Positions 12,336 through 25,800 of a DNA stretch of 64,000 bases are shown in pieces (the first letter of the stretch is position 1; the number at the start of each line of letters is the position of its first letter). Under the pieces are notes generated by a model that was not told the DNA's origin, did no database searches, and was given only the letters and a program-made list of their open reading frames with translations. The stretch is from Rhizophagus irregularis (Eukaryota), in NCBI RefSeq assembly GCF_026210795.1, contig NC_089435.1:2356001-2420000 (forward strand). Reading direction: 5' to 3'. The position numbers and the translations under genes were made by a program.

Positions 12336-14695
12336 ATGACAGAAACAGCTAGAACTGATTTACAAAAGCGCAGTAATGACACTTTATCCGAAACTCCTCT
12401 TTCACGAAAGAAAGCTAATAAAGGAGGCCCAAAATTTGATGAAGTATGGCAATATTTTACTCAAGGAGAAGAATTAAATCCAGGTCATTATAAAGCTACG
12501 TGTTATCATTGCAAAAAGGAGTGGTCAAGGGGAAGGCCAGTAGCTTTAAAAGCTCACTTGGCAAATGAATGTTTGGCATGTCCTGAAGATATTAGCAAAT
12601 ATTGGCGTGATAAACTTGCTGAAAATACGGTGAATTACACCCGAAAGATGCATTTTTCACAAGATCAAACCCAAATTCCAAAGCCTCAGTACAAACAAAC
12701 CAAAATTGTAAACCATTTTAGTTCAGATGAGCCACTTCCTCCTGAAATAAATAACCGTATTGATTGTTCTTTATTAAAGGCATGGGTGATGGCAGGGATT
12801 CCTTTTGAAGTTGTTGAGAATCCCTTTGTTTTGGATTTATTTAAAAATTTAAATCCAGCATATATCCCTCCATCTCGAACTACTTTGTCTGGTAGACTTT
12901 TAAATGAAGAAATTTCGCGTGTTAATAAAAAGGTTACATCTGAATTGGAGATAGCAGATAGTTTAACTTTAAGTAAGAAATTTTAATTTTTAAATTATGT
13001 TAATTATTAATTAGTTATTTTAATTTATTAATTCTCATCATTTATTTTATAATTAGCATTGGATGGTTGGACATCCAAACGAAATGAATCACTTTACAAT
13101 TATGTCATAACAACTTCTGATAGAAAAGAATATTTAGTTGCTTTACGCAATTATTCTATGAAATCACATAGTACAGGAGAATTTCTTGCTTCAGAAATAT
13201 CAGATATTGTAGAGAAAATCGGTTTAGACAAATTTACAGCTGTTGTCACTGACAATGCTTCCAATTCTCAAGTTGCTAGAAGAATAATAGAAGAAAAATA
13301 TGGTCATATTTGGGATATACGATGTGCAGCTCATGCTATTAACTTGATAGCAGCTGATTTAGTAAAACTTAATGATATAAAGGAATTTATCTCAAATTGT
13401 GGGATGATTACAGGGTTTTTTAATAACTCACATCAAGGTTCTGCAATTTTAGCTCAAGGTTTAAAAGATATGAAGATTAATATTGAGAGATTACAAACAT
13501 GGTGTAAGACTAGATGGGGTTCATTGTATATGACAGCAGATTCAATTTTACGTGTGCGTCCTGTTTTTGACTGGGTGAGATAATTTTTTTGATTGTTTAT
13601 TAATATTCTTTATTTTATATAATAATTCTAACAATTAAATACTATAGATTTTATTAGAACATAATGGTATTGTTACAAATTCAAACGTTTATCTCTTGAT
13701 TCAAGATGAAGAATTTTTTACAAATTGTCGTCATATTCGTTCAATTTGGGCTCCCATCAAGGAATGCATTAATATCCTTGAAGCAAAATCAGCTTCTTTA
13801 GCTGATTGTTTCGTGCAAATGATCAAATTAGCAATTGCTATATTTCGTCTCCCTTCATCAAATCCCTTTAAAGCTTCAGCAATTCAGATTTTTAATCGTC
13901 GTTATCTTGAATTTCAGCATCCTGCTTACTTATTATGTTATTTTCTTCACCCTTATTATCGAGGTATTTACTATTTTCCAGTTAATTATTAAAATCATTA
14001 TTGCTAACAATTATTTTGATTTTTTAGGTCTAGGACTTAATGATGAAGGATTTAGAAATGCAGCAATAACTGCCACAACTCTCTGGCAAAATTTAGGATA
14101 TTCTGAACAAGAATGTAGAGAACTTCTTACTCAATTCTGAAAATATGATCAAAAACTTAAACCTTATGATTTATCTTATGATAAAAATATGGATACACCC
14201 GAATTATGGTGGGGTTCTATAAGAAGTAAACCATATTATTTACGAGATTTTGCACTTCGTTTATTTGGTATTGCTGTTTCACAAGCAGGATGTGAACAAA
14301 ATTTTTCTGTACTTAAATGGATTATTGGAGATAGACGCACAAGACTTGATGTTCAAAAGCTTGAAGGTATTTCTAAAATTCGTTCTTATTACTTAGCAAG
14401 CATTAAAAATGAATTATCATATTATGGAAAGCATTTGGATGAAGCAGAATTAAGAGAAGTTGCCAATACCTCTGCAGTTGGTGAAATTATTGCTTTAGAT
14501 GATAATGATAATGATACTAATTATCTGCTATTAGAGGAAGATCAGGAAAGAGAAGGTACACAAGAACGTACTACTTTAATATTGGAGGACATTATTGATC
14601 TTACACAACCAATCTTTGAAAATGCAGAAAATGTGGATAATAATACTAATGAAGAAATCAATATAGATAGAAATATGGATTTTAGTCCTTATTGA
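12336..14695 (+). pseudogene. BED zinc-finger hAT transposase, 4 exons, internal stop
   Basis: Exons 12336-12972, 13057-13574, 13648-13963, 14028-14695 with GT-AG introns. Motifs: BED finger (VWQYF..CYHC..LKAHLANEC), LDGWT, VTDNAS, RCAAH, TRWGS, WW, CEQNFS. In-frame TGA at 14138-14140. Confidence 0.9.
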
Positions 14696-15198
14696 TTTAG
14701 TTAACCAAATTTTAGAAAACTAATTTGTTAGTTATTAATTTGTTGTATTAAATTCAAATTTATTGAATAAACTCATAAATCATATGTCAAATTTGGCAAT
14801 TTATTATATTTTAAGTTACGGCAATATGGTATGCGTCTTAAGTTATGGCATACGTCATTACGTCAAATTTACTCTTGAGTTACATGCATTATACGTCTAT
14901 GACGTGACTTAACTTAAGGTTACGTCACGTCATTAAGGCTGCACCTCTAGGAAAGAAAAAACTTAACTTGTTCCTTAATTTTATTTACGAAAAATAAATG
15001 TATTTATATCACGTTTCCGAATGTAAGTTCATGCTTAAAAGCTAAAAAAAGATAAAAGACATTAAGTTTATAATGTAATTTGGAAGAGTGGTTTCGAACT
15101 CTTCATACAATGAGTTAAAGTTTTTGATACAAAAAAAAATAAGGATTTATATACAAAAAAACTAAATGACCTGATTAAGAAATAAATTATTCAGGTTA

Positions 15199-15295
15199 TA
15201 ATGGTGTAGTTAGCCGAAAAACGGAGCCGAATTCCTGATTACCGATCATCCGGACCCGGTTTAATCGCAGAGAATCCCCTGGAATTCCACGACGT
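15199..15295. mobile_element. Truncated left end of the MITE family also at 27822
   Basis: About 95 bp nearly identical to 27822-27902 (TAATGGTGTAGTTAGCCGA...TTCCACGA); shows the LTR-free site CCACGACG. Confidence 0.75.
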
Positions 15296-15345
15296 GTGTC
15301 ATATGACTAATTATTTAAAAATTTAATCATATCCCACATATTAAT

Positions 15346-16938
15346 CCCTATAAGAAATATGTATACGGAAAGGATACGTTTTGTATACATTTTATGTACG
15401 TTTCTATAGTTTCCGTATACAAATTCCGTATATTTGATAAGCAATTCATTTTTGAACATTTTTTAAAAAAACTAATGTATACGGAAAAAATTAATCATAC
15501 GGAATGTATACGGAATTTTTAAACTTAATATTTTTAGAAAATAATTTTACAAAAATCTCGTATCATAACACGAGATCACGTGATTGTTTATTGTTTTGTT
15601 ATGATACGTTTTTTGTTTTTTATATAAACCTTTACTTTGATGAGTTTGATCTTCCGATCTTCCTTTCTGTCTTTCCCTTCCTTCTCTTTTCTCTTGTCTT
15701 ATTTTTGTTATTTTTTCTAAATTTTTCTTCTTTTTTCGTCACCCCCCTTTTAAAAAAAATTTTTTTTTTCGTACCTCACTTTAAAAATTTTTTTTTTCAT
15801 CACTCTCCTTTAAAAAAAAATTTTTTTTTCGTCACTCCCTTAAAAAAAAAATTTTTTTTGATTTTATTCTTTTATTCCCACTATTCCCACTTTTCTTTTT
15901 TTTAAAAAAAATTTTCTTCTTTCTATTTCTATTTCCTCTTTATAAAAAATTTTTTATTTTTCTAACTTTGACGTCCTCCCTTTAAAAAAAAAATTTTTTT
16001 TAACTTTCCTAACTTCGTTACCCTCTTTTTAAAAAAATATTTTTTTTTGATTTATTCTTTATTCCCCTTTCTTTTTTATTTATATATATCCCTTTTTTTA
16101 TTTCATAGGTCAGCAGATTTTTTTTTGTGAGAAGATTCAGTTTCTTTTTTCTTTTTTGTAGATCAGTTTGGGAGTCCTTTCCTTTTTGTAGGATTGTTTA
16201 GGATTTTTTTCTTTTTTTAGGTCAGTTCAAATTTTCTTTTTTTTTTTTTTTGTAAGTTGGGTTCAGATTCTTTTCTCTTTGTAGGTTGTTTCAGTTTTGT
16301 TGCTTCAGAGTCTTCTTTTTTTGTAGGTCAGTTTTGGATTTATTTTGTTGTTTTGGTTTATTTTTCATCAGATGCTTCATAATTCTTTTCATTTATATAG
16401 GTCAGACATTCTGGAGTTCTCTTTCTTTTTTTGTAGGAATGCTGACCTTTGGTGACTTGGATGATTGCAGATACTATATGAAGGGGGTTTTTGTTTCCAA
16501 TTAAGTTAGACGTTCTTATGTTTCTTTTTTTTGTTTTTTTTAGGTTGTTTGACTCCAAATGAACCTGAACTTATAGGTAATTTTGGTTGCAATAGGTGGT
16601 TTTAATAAGGAGGGAATTTTCATAATGTATTTGTATTTTGTTTATTTTTTATTTTTTATTTAATTTAATAAAGTAAAATTAGATTTATATAAATATATTA
16701 TAGTAAACTGTAATACAAATAGTAAATTCAGTGACCAAATCGTATAAATTTCGTGATAAAATCAGTGATAAAATCATGTAAATTCCATATGAATTCTGTG
16801 CAAATTCCGTATCCAAACCATGTTTTTAGTGATACGGAATTGTGCATTTTTCCGTATCCTATTATGATACGTTATTTCTAAGGAAAAAAAAATCGTATAA
16901 AAACTTTATAAAAAACGTATCCCGATTTTTTTATAGGG
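15346..16938. mobile_element. Non-autonomous CMC/CACTA-like DNA transposon
   Basis: Termini CCCTATAAGAAA / TTTTTTATAGGG fit the CMCWR consensus; 3-bp TSD AAT at 15343-15345 and 16939-16941; ATACGGAA/TTCCGTAT subterminal repeats at both ends; no transposase ORF. Confidence 0.8.
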
Positions 16939-17506
16939 AATCCGTCCCGAAACTGCACTTTTAGTAAACACGATGGCAATGGATTTATTTTTATTTTTTA
17001 AAAAATATAAATTCGCGAATTCATTCTCGTGTGTAAAATTTAGTTTGGGTAATTATTGATCAATAGTAATATTTTAAAAATATTTATTCTGGAATAATAA
17101 TAATATTTAGTTAATATTTACTAATAAGAAAAAAAAATAAAAAGAAAATGATGAAATAATAAAGAATAATTCAATAATATTAGTTTTATTTATCCAATTT
17201 CATTTTATTCTTTTTTTTTCGAACTCTATGACAAATGTTACATTTAATTTTATACAAATAGATTATTATATTTATAGCAACTAATACAGTATAATCTTTT
17301 CTTTTACTAAATATATGAGAAGCAAGGGTAGGGGAAGGGGAAGGGGAAGGGGAAGGGAACTATTTAAAAATTTACAGATAAAAAAACTATTCACATAATT
17401 TCGATTTTTTACAAGAAAAAAAAAATAATTTGAAACAAATTAAAATTCTGAAAGGTAATTAATTAGTAGATAGATAAATTTTATATATAAATCTATTTTA
17501 AAAACT

Positions 17507-18793
17507 TTAATAAGAAGATTTCTTGTCATCTTTTTTGTTTTTCTTGTAGTAATCATCTTTTTTGTGGTAATCGTCTTTGTGATCATCTTTCTCGTAGTAG
17601 TACTCATTTTTGTAATCATCATCCTTGTAATAATCGTCATTGTAGGTATCATCTGGTGAAGCTAAGGCATTACGTCTGTAGTATTTCTTGTCCTTATCTT
17701 CGTAGTCATCTTTCTTGTGGTAATCGTCTTTGTGATCATCTTTCTCATAGTAGTACTCATTCTTGTGGTCATCTTCCTTATAATAATCGTCATTGTATGT
17801 ATCATCTGGTGAAGCTAAGGCATCACGTCTGTAGTATTTCTTGTCCTTATCTTCGTAGTCATCTTTCTTGTGGTAATCGTCTTTGTGGTCATCTTTCTCG
17901 TAGTAGTACTCATTCTTGTAGTCATCTTCCTTGTAATAATCGTCATTGTATGTATCATCTGGTGAAGCTAAGGCATCACGTCTGTAGTATTTCTTGTCCT
18001 TATCTTCGTAGTCATCTTTCTTGTGGTAATCGTCTTTGTGATCATCTTTCTCGTAGTAGTACTCATTCTTGTAGTCATCTTCCTTGTAATAATCGTCATT
18101 GTATGTATCATCTAATGAAGCTAAGGCATCACGTCTGTAGTATTTCTTGTCCTTATCTTCGTAGTCATCTTTCTTGTGGTAATCGTCTTTGTGATCATCT
18201 TTCTCGTAGTAGTACTCATTCTTGTAGTCATCTTCCTTATAGTAATCGTCATTGTATGTATCATCTGGTGAAGCTAAGGCATCACGTCTGTAGTATTTCT
18301 TGTCCTTATCTTCGTAGTCATCTTTCTTGTGGTAATCGTCTTTGTGGTCATCTTTCTCGTAGTAGTACTCATTCTTGTAGTCATCTTCCTTGTAATAATC
18401 GTCATTATGTGTATCACCTGGTGAAGCTAAGGCATTACGTCTGTAATACTTCTTGTCCTTGTCTTTGTGATCATCTTTCTTGTAGTAGTCGTCTTTATCA
18501 TTTTTGTAGGAATGTTCTTTTTTCCCTTTTTTATAATCGTAGTAGTAGTAATAATAATCATCTTTGTCTTCCTTCTTCTTATCATCATAATAATATGAAG
18601 AAGGTGACTCGTCACGTTTATCATTCAATTCAATCCCGGTATTAGGAGTAGGAGCAGCAGTAACTACATATATATAAAATGAATTAGAAAAAAACATTTT
18701 ACTTTGTATTCTTTACAGTCAAGTTTTATACTCACCTTCATTAAGGGTTGAAACTCCCAAAATTGCCAAACAAATAGCTATTGTTAACTTCAT
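17507..18793 (-). CDS. Secreted Asp/Tyr/Lys-rich tandem-repeat protein with Kex2 sites, SP7-like effector family (about 404 aa)
   Basis: Exon 1 18793-18736, GT-AG intron 18735-18664, exon 2 18663-17507. Signal-peptide-like start MKLTIAICLAILGVSTLNEVTAAP, then KR, then six 51-aa (153-bp) repeats beginning RR-[D/N]ALAS[P/L]. Confidence 0.85.
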
Positions 18794-21189
18794 AATTGAA
18801 TTTTAGACTTTTATTTTTATTTTTGATTTCGAACTTTTTAATTTATTTCAGATCGAACTGGAGAGTTTTTGAAGGGAGAAGAGTGAGGGTTTATATAGTT
18901 TTTGGAATTCGAAATTTTCTATTTATAGTTTACATTATTTTGACTTACCCAAGTTCCCTTGAATAGAAATTTTCATTGTTATCATCAATGATGCTAAATT
19001 TTAATTAAATAATCTCTTCTCAATCTATTCTTTCAATTGTTACCTTCGTCCGGCTATTCTTCTCATTCTCAATTCATTCTTTTGAAAATTGTCATTATGA
19101 GAATCAGAATTTCCTTTTAAAAAGGAAATTCATACTGGGTAATAATCCTTTAATAGGTTAAATAATTTCTCTACAATACGTAAGCCACCAACAAGTTTTA
19201 TTAGGGCTTGCATAATAAGTAGTTCCGTCCAATTAACTTACATTATTTAAATTTGAATATTCATTCTAATGCAGATCATTCTGGGTCAGTAGTATCAATT
19301 GTAAAACAAGGTTTTCAAAGAACTCGAGGCGAAATGAAAAATTTTATTTGTATTACATTGTCATCATAATATACATGTACGTTTATTATATTTTTTTTAT
19401 ATAAAGAAATGGTAATACCATAAACGTAATATTTTTTTGAATTAACTTTCATAGTCGTACTCGGTATGGCTCATATTAAAGAAGAAAAAATGATAGTCAT
19501 GCAGTTGTGCATAATATGAAAACTTTAAAGCCTTAGCCGTTTTCAAAAATGATTGATCTCTCTGTTGATCATGAAACACAAAATTTCTAAGCCACGCCGA
19601 TCACAACTTTTTTTTACATAAAAAACTTTTTTTTTTGTAAACACCCTTTAAACATTGTATACTATAAACTCGAAGTTCTTTTAGTAGAAATTTTCTATTT
19701 GCTGCTTGACCTTTATATCACACTTTGGATCATACTTTAGATCACAGAACGAACACGCTTAGATTACACTTTCATAGAATAGTGCTAGAATGACATCGTG
19801 GGTATTAATAAAATATATTTTTTAACTTGTTGCGAGACAACGGAATAAAAATATTGTTAACATAATACATAAAATATATGAAATTAATATTATATGAAAA
19901 TTTCCCTAACTAATGATCAAAATTTTTGTATATATATATACATTATTTTTTTTTTTAATTTTATAGACGAGAAGTATAGATAGCGTTTTCGGTAGGCGGT
20001 AGTTTTGTAAGTTTCAGTATGAGTTTTTTATTTACTTGTTATTTTATAATATTTTGTAATTTTTTTTTTTTACAGGAAAAATTTTCTAATTAACTAACTC
20101 ATTTTTTAAAACGCTATACTGTATATAATTGTTTTTTGACCGTTATTTGAAATTTTGACGAAGAATCTGGCGTGAAAACAAGGCATTATATTATTTTGTA
20201 AGTTGAAATAGTGTTGAAATTTATAATTAGAAATTTAGCATCTTCAAAAAGTTATTTAATTTTATAATAGATTTCTTTTGTTTATTTTTTTTTTTAATTT
20301 TAAACATAATCAATTTTTATTTAATTATTTCATTTATTTAATGACTTTGAATATTTAAACAAATAAATTCAATAATTAATGATTAATACAATAAAATTTA
20401 ACCCTTTATTGGCTTCTGATAATATATCTATGTTCAAATTTTTTTATGAAAAAACAAGAACGCGACTCGTTAAATTTATATGATTAGTGATTTTATGTGT
20501 CCCGTTACGATCAAAATAAAAATCTTAATATGAAAATGCAGTGAAGGCCACGTACTTTTTTTTTTTGCCCGAATTAATTAAAAACATTAAATTTGTGTAT
20601 GCAAAGGGGTTAAAGAGTACGATTATATTTTGACAGTTTCAATGAATGATCTAATTTAATATGGAAGGGATCGTAAAAAATCTTCCGATTTAAGTAATTT
20701 AAAAATTCTAACTCGATACGAAACTCAAGAAAAGAGAAACGAACTTTTTTTTAAAAAAATCCAATAAAATAATATAAACCAATGCAAGTTTGATTAATAT
20801 TAAATTTTTGTTACAATTTATTGTCACCACTTCAACAAATCCTCTAAGCTTCTTTAAAAAGGCACTAATTTCTACTAACAACTTTTTGTTGCCTTCCATT
20901 ATTAGTTGACCGGGTCTTAACCTTCTGTCTATTATATTTATATTGTCCAAATAGCTTCTTATCCTGATCATCCTTCATTCCAGACGCTTCCTTTCTTGGA
21001 GTCTTTCTTACGATCTTCGATGTCCGACTAACATCGAAAATCTTTTTCGGGATTCGGGTGTAATCCTTATAAAAACATTGTACATAGTAATATTATCTCG
21101 ATTCATCACATTTTCATAACTTTTTATAACGTGATTAAAAGAATGTGCTACTTCCAAATTACTATTACAGCTTTAATTCATGAATTTCT

Positions 21190-22460
21190 TTTTATTATTT
21201 TATTTTTAAAATAAATACAGAATCTGGGATTACAAGCAACCGCAAGTAAGCTGTAATTTTACAAAAAAGAAAAACAAGACTAAACTGTGCACATGCGAGT
21301 TCATCCAATCCCCTAGGCACTGGAAAGGAACCGCCCTGCCTATTATTCTACGGAATCCTAGGCATAGTCAGATTAAAAGGTAATAAACGGACCAGAAGAA
21401 AAAGAAAAATTAAAAGATGTAATATAAAATACTAAGTTAAAATATACAGATAAGAAAGAAAAATAATCTATAAACTGCGAATGTAAATTTTCAAACGACC
21501 GTCTATCCTGGCAGTCGTGAATAAAACCACTCCATCCACCCGCGTGAAGATAGTTCGAAGTTATGAGTATGATCCATCCTGGAGTTAAAGGACCATTTGT
21601 GTTGCGAGTGTGGTAATAATGTTGTAGTCGTAAACGGTCATCGAAATGATTCAGATTTCAGATGGTCGTACTTTCTTTTAGTCACACGAGATAAAGTCAC
21701 GTAATGATTTGATGAAGTTATGTGTGCGCGAGGATGCGAACGAGCTAAGTGTTTGTTAAGGCGACGTCTGTGAGCGCGATGAAGGTGCTTCTTTTTCTTG
21801 TCGAGGCCAAGGGATTTTCCCAAAGTGGTTATTGAAGTCGTAACCAAATGGCTTTGTAAAAAAAAGTTTGAAATTGAAGCATAAAGCTGATAATTAAATG
21901 TTTGGTTTTAGAAAAATTTCGAACATAAGAATGGACGAGGTCGGTGAGGTTTTGAGGAACCAGAGTATGTATAATCAGGTACGCTGGATTGTTTGATCAG
22001 TAATATTCGAGAAAAAATGATTAGCATCGAATTCACGTGACAAACGTGAATTATCGATGTAAGAATTATTAAGTTCTTTTATTTTTTCCAATAAATTGTA
22101 TTTTGTGATGTCGTTCAATTTCGGCAATGACGAAGGACAAAACCCGAGATGAGAATTTGTATCATTGATTCATTGACGGTCTTGCATATAGGACATTTGA
22201 TAGGAAGTTGAGAAGAATCGTACAGCGATGGATAATGTGCAGCGAGCACCTCGCCACATGGTAAAATGTGGTTTAAGAAGGCCATCTTATTAGATTTGTC
22301 CGAGCTACATATATCGTCAGTTCGTTGTATGTCATCCAATCTTGCGTCAAAGGCCAGTTGATAATGGTCAAGGGATGATCCTGCTGGAATATTTGCTATA
22401 GGGAGGAATTATTATTATATGAATCTAGTGTTTTAGCATCCGCGATGATATTGGCGAATT
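21190..22460 (-). mobile_element. 5'-truncated, decayed non-LTR retrotransposon (LINE 3' end)
   Basis: Frameshifted ORF2 C-terminus (INWPLTQDWMTYN, LNHILPCGEVL..HYPSLY, CPIC..SHLGFC, WEKSLGL, WIILITSNYLHAGGW), then a 3' UTR and A-rich tail; no clear TSD. Confidence 0.75.
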
Positions 22461-22826
22461 TTCTGATGTGTTATTTTCTTTACTTATTTTTATATCATAT
22501 TAGTAAGATTAATTATGTAATACTGAATTATAAAATGATAAATTTTCAATATTATCAATCTCTTTTTTTTATCGTGATATCATCCGATTTGGATCGCCAT
22601 CTAAGATAGGACGAGATGAATTATTAGATAGAAATGCAGTAGCCGTATTTTCTTATCGTTAACGATCATGATGTTTCGTTCGTAAATATTTGTTATCATT
22701 TGATATAATGCCCCAAATGAATAAATTTAGAAATTTATATAATTTATAGAGAGAAACATAAAATATATTTATTCAATTTATTATTAATTTTCTTATAATT
22801 ACAAACTTATCATTATAATATTAAAA

Positions 22827-25800
22827 TTATTTTGCACGTATTTCCTCCAATAATTTCTCCAATTTCTCCAATTTCTCTAATTTTTCTTTATCTGATTTCT
22901 CTAAATTCTCTAACTTATCTAATGTCTTACCATAAGTTTTTTCTAATTCTTCTAACTTATCTAATTTCTTTAATATTACCTTATTGTCAATAGGGTCATG
23001 TTTAATTTGAAGTTTGTCCAATAAATTTTTCCGCATCTCCGCGAATTCCTGTTCCTTAGTATCCCATTCACCCTTTTCAATCAATCTTTCAATTTCTTTT
23101 CGAGTCTTATCAGCATCGGCATAATAATGTCTTGAAAAATAAATTTGAATAATTAATAAAATCATAACATTAAATTCTTTTTAAAGTAAAATTACATACA
23201 TTACTTCAGGAAACCATGTTTGCCAACGTCTCTGATGTGGTAATAGATAAAATAATTCAATCTCAGCCAAAATCTTTAAAAAATAAAAATTGAGATATAT
23301 TAGTATTTTTACAGAAATGGAATGATTAATATTAATATTATTTACTTCTGCTTTCTGTATCAAATATGATACTCTATTATTATCTTCTTCAATTGCAATA
23401 TTGAGTAATCCTATTAACAAGTTCATAAGATATACAACAATTAAGAGGGAAAATAAAACAACTAATACTGCAATAGATGGATTGTTTGTATAAGACCAAT
23501 TGGATAATGCACTTGAATCACCTATTGATAATAAGAATTGCTTGAAATTATTAGAAAACTATTTTTGTATAATTATATAATTATAAAAAATTGAAATATA
23601 CCTGTTAAAAATAAATACATAGCAAAAAGAGATGTTCTAATATCTATAAACATGTTTGTATTTTCATCAGGTATTTGAATCATGAGTGGGTTGGAGTTTA
23701 TATTTCCATCAATTATTTGACCATAACTAGGTGTTAACTTCCAAGGATTATTTGGATCATTATTATTTGTATTATATTGATCAAGTAAAACTTCAGATTT
23801 TGGTGATAATAAAATATAAAATGCATGTGCAAAACTTATTATAATAATGAATAAGACTATTAAAAAAGAAAAAATCTTTTTTCCAACACTAATAATAATT
23901 GCAAAATATACTCCAAAATATTCAAAAGCTCTAAAAAATAACAAAAATTTTATATTCAAAAATAAGCATGAAAAAGAAAGCAATGTAATTAGATAATTAT
24001 CATTCTTATCATTTGTCATGAGCCAGTAAATAGAAGTGTAAATTGAAAGCACATAAGCAATTATATCTGTAATTTAAAAATATTATATAATTAATTTCAC
24101 TTTCTTAAATAAAGATATTGTAAAATAATTAAATTAAATATTTTATATTTACCAAAAATATTCCAAAAATTATAGAACCACTTAATAATATTATAAAAAA
24201 ATTGACGAATTTCAAAAATCAGATGAATAAATCCAAGTATAATTGAAGCAATAAAAAGTTGTTGTCTAACTTCTTCATTGATATATTTCTGAGGAATTGT
24301 TGCAGCAGCAGTAAAGCATCCAAGTAATGTCATAAATAAAATCCAAATCATTATATAATAATATTTTCCATAAGTATTCCATTTAAAATTAATTATTGCC
24401 TCTCCATTCCATGTTTTATAGATAGTTCTATTTATTGTTTCAGTAAATAAACTAGGTTGAGGTTTAATTAATTCTAAAAACCAGTTATAATCTTTTGAAT
24501 AATTAACAAAATTAATATAAGGAATCATGAAAGTGATTGTTGGTGTTGTTGTTACATCTTTAAAAGGTTCAACAATGAGATATTTAAAAAGCAAAGAAAG
24601 GAAATAGTAAACAAGGGAAAATAAATCTGTAATGTAAATGTCATTAATAAAACTGTATTTTGATAAAATATAAAATGTAGTCAAATAAAGGGGTAAAGTT
24701 AAAAGTATTATTAAAACTTGAATAACACATATAATTAAGTATATAAATATCAATAAATCTCCATCTTCTATTATGCAATAAAATTTATAATGGTATTTTG
24801 TCCATAAAAGAGATTGAGATAAATTAGCTACTTGGGGAAATTGAAAAAAAGAATAAAGATGTAAATTTTTATTTCGATGCTCTATACTATAAAAAGAAGA
24901 ATCTATGATCATATTCATTTCCGATGAATATTTTAGAATATATTCTGGATAATATTCATCTAGTAATGGCATTGCAGAAGTGATAATGCTTAGAAATGAC
25001 TTATTGTTCATTAAATCCTCTTTAAAATAAGTCATACATTTTTTATAAATCTCATCAATTAATTCTAACTTATGTTCTTTAATTGCAAATGCTAATAATT
25101 CAACTCCATAATTCAAAAAACTTGACTTATTATTTTTTATAACTGAAACCCATCCGTCTACTCTAAAACTATCAGAATTTGGTAATGGTAAAGTAGATTT
25201 TGAAAATATTTTTTTGTAATATTGAAGTATATTCATATTGTCTTTTCTGACAAATTCAGGTACTGAATAATAAACAAATTTCATAAAATAAAAATAGTTT
25301 AAAGAAATAGACTTGTTATTTTCACTAAAAGTATAAATAAGAATACCAAATGTTGTTAATATAACAACATCATTGTTATTAAATAATGAGCTTGCAATTA
25401 TTTCATGATCATTGTAAAAACCATTAGAAAGTACAAATTTATAAGGACAATAATAGTTATCAGTTCTCCTGATAATTAAATTCCATTCAGTATTATGATT
25501 ACTAATGGTGGAAACTGCTAGGTCAATTTTATTGTCATCAACACATATATCCCATTTAATTAAATTTCCAATCAATTCAGTTGATTTTTTTTTACTATCA
25601 CTATCATCACTATAATCATCGCTTATGACTTTTTGAAATAATGTAGACGCGGTATCCATAAATGAATGAATATTTATGGTTTCGTAAGTTTTCTTGATTT
25701 TATCGTCATCATCACATTCAATAATTTTATTATTTTCTATATTTAATTCATCAGAATTTTTGGATGAAAAGTTCGTTTCTGACATCTTTTCTTTAAATTT

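Larger units (their letters stand above)
11709..14949 (+). mobile_element. hAT DNA transposon, full length, probably inactive
   Basis: Perfect 16-bp TIR TAGAGGTGCAGCCTTA; 8-bp TSD GGAAAGAA at 11701-11708 and 14950-14957; subterminal TGACGT/ACGTCA motifs. Confidence 0.95.

Noticed and set aside
15504..15905. 133-aa Phe/Lys-rich ORF
   Set aside because: Product of A/T homopolymer runs inside a non-coding transposon
17326..17360. (GGGGAA)n tract, G-quadruplex-capable
   Set aside because: Simple microsatellite downstream of the secreted-protein gene; no evidence of function
17656..18645. 329-aa Cys/His-rich ORF on the + strand
   Set aside because: Antisense shadow of the 153-bp repeats of the secreted protein gene; no independent gene signals
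20708..21090. Short ORF with a GC-richer upstream region
   Set aside because: No recognisable domain or consistent exon structure
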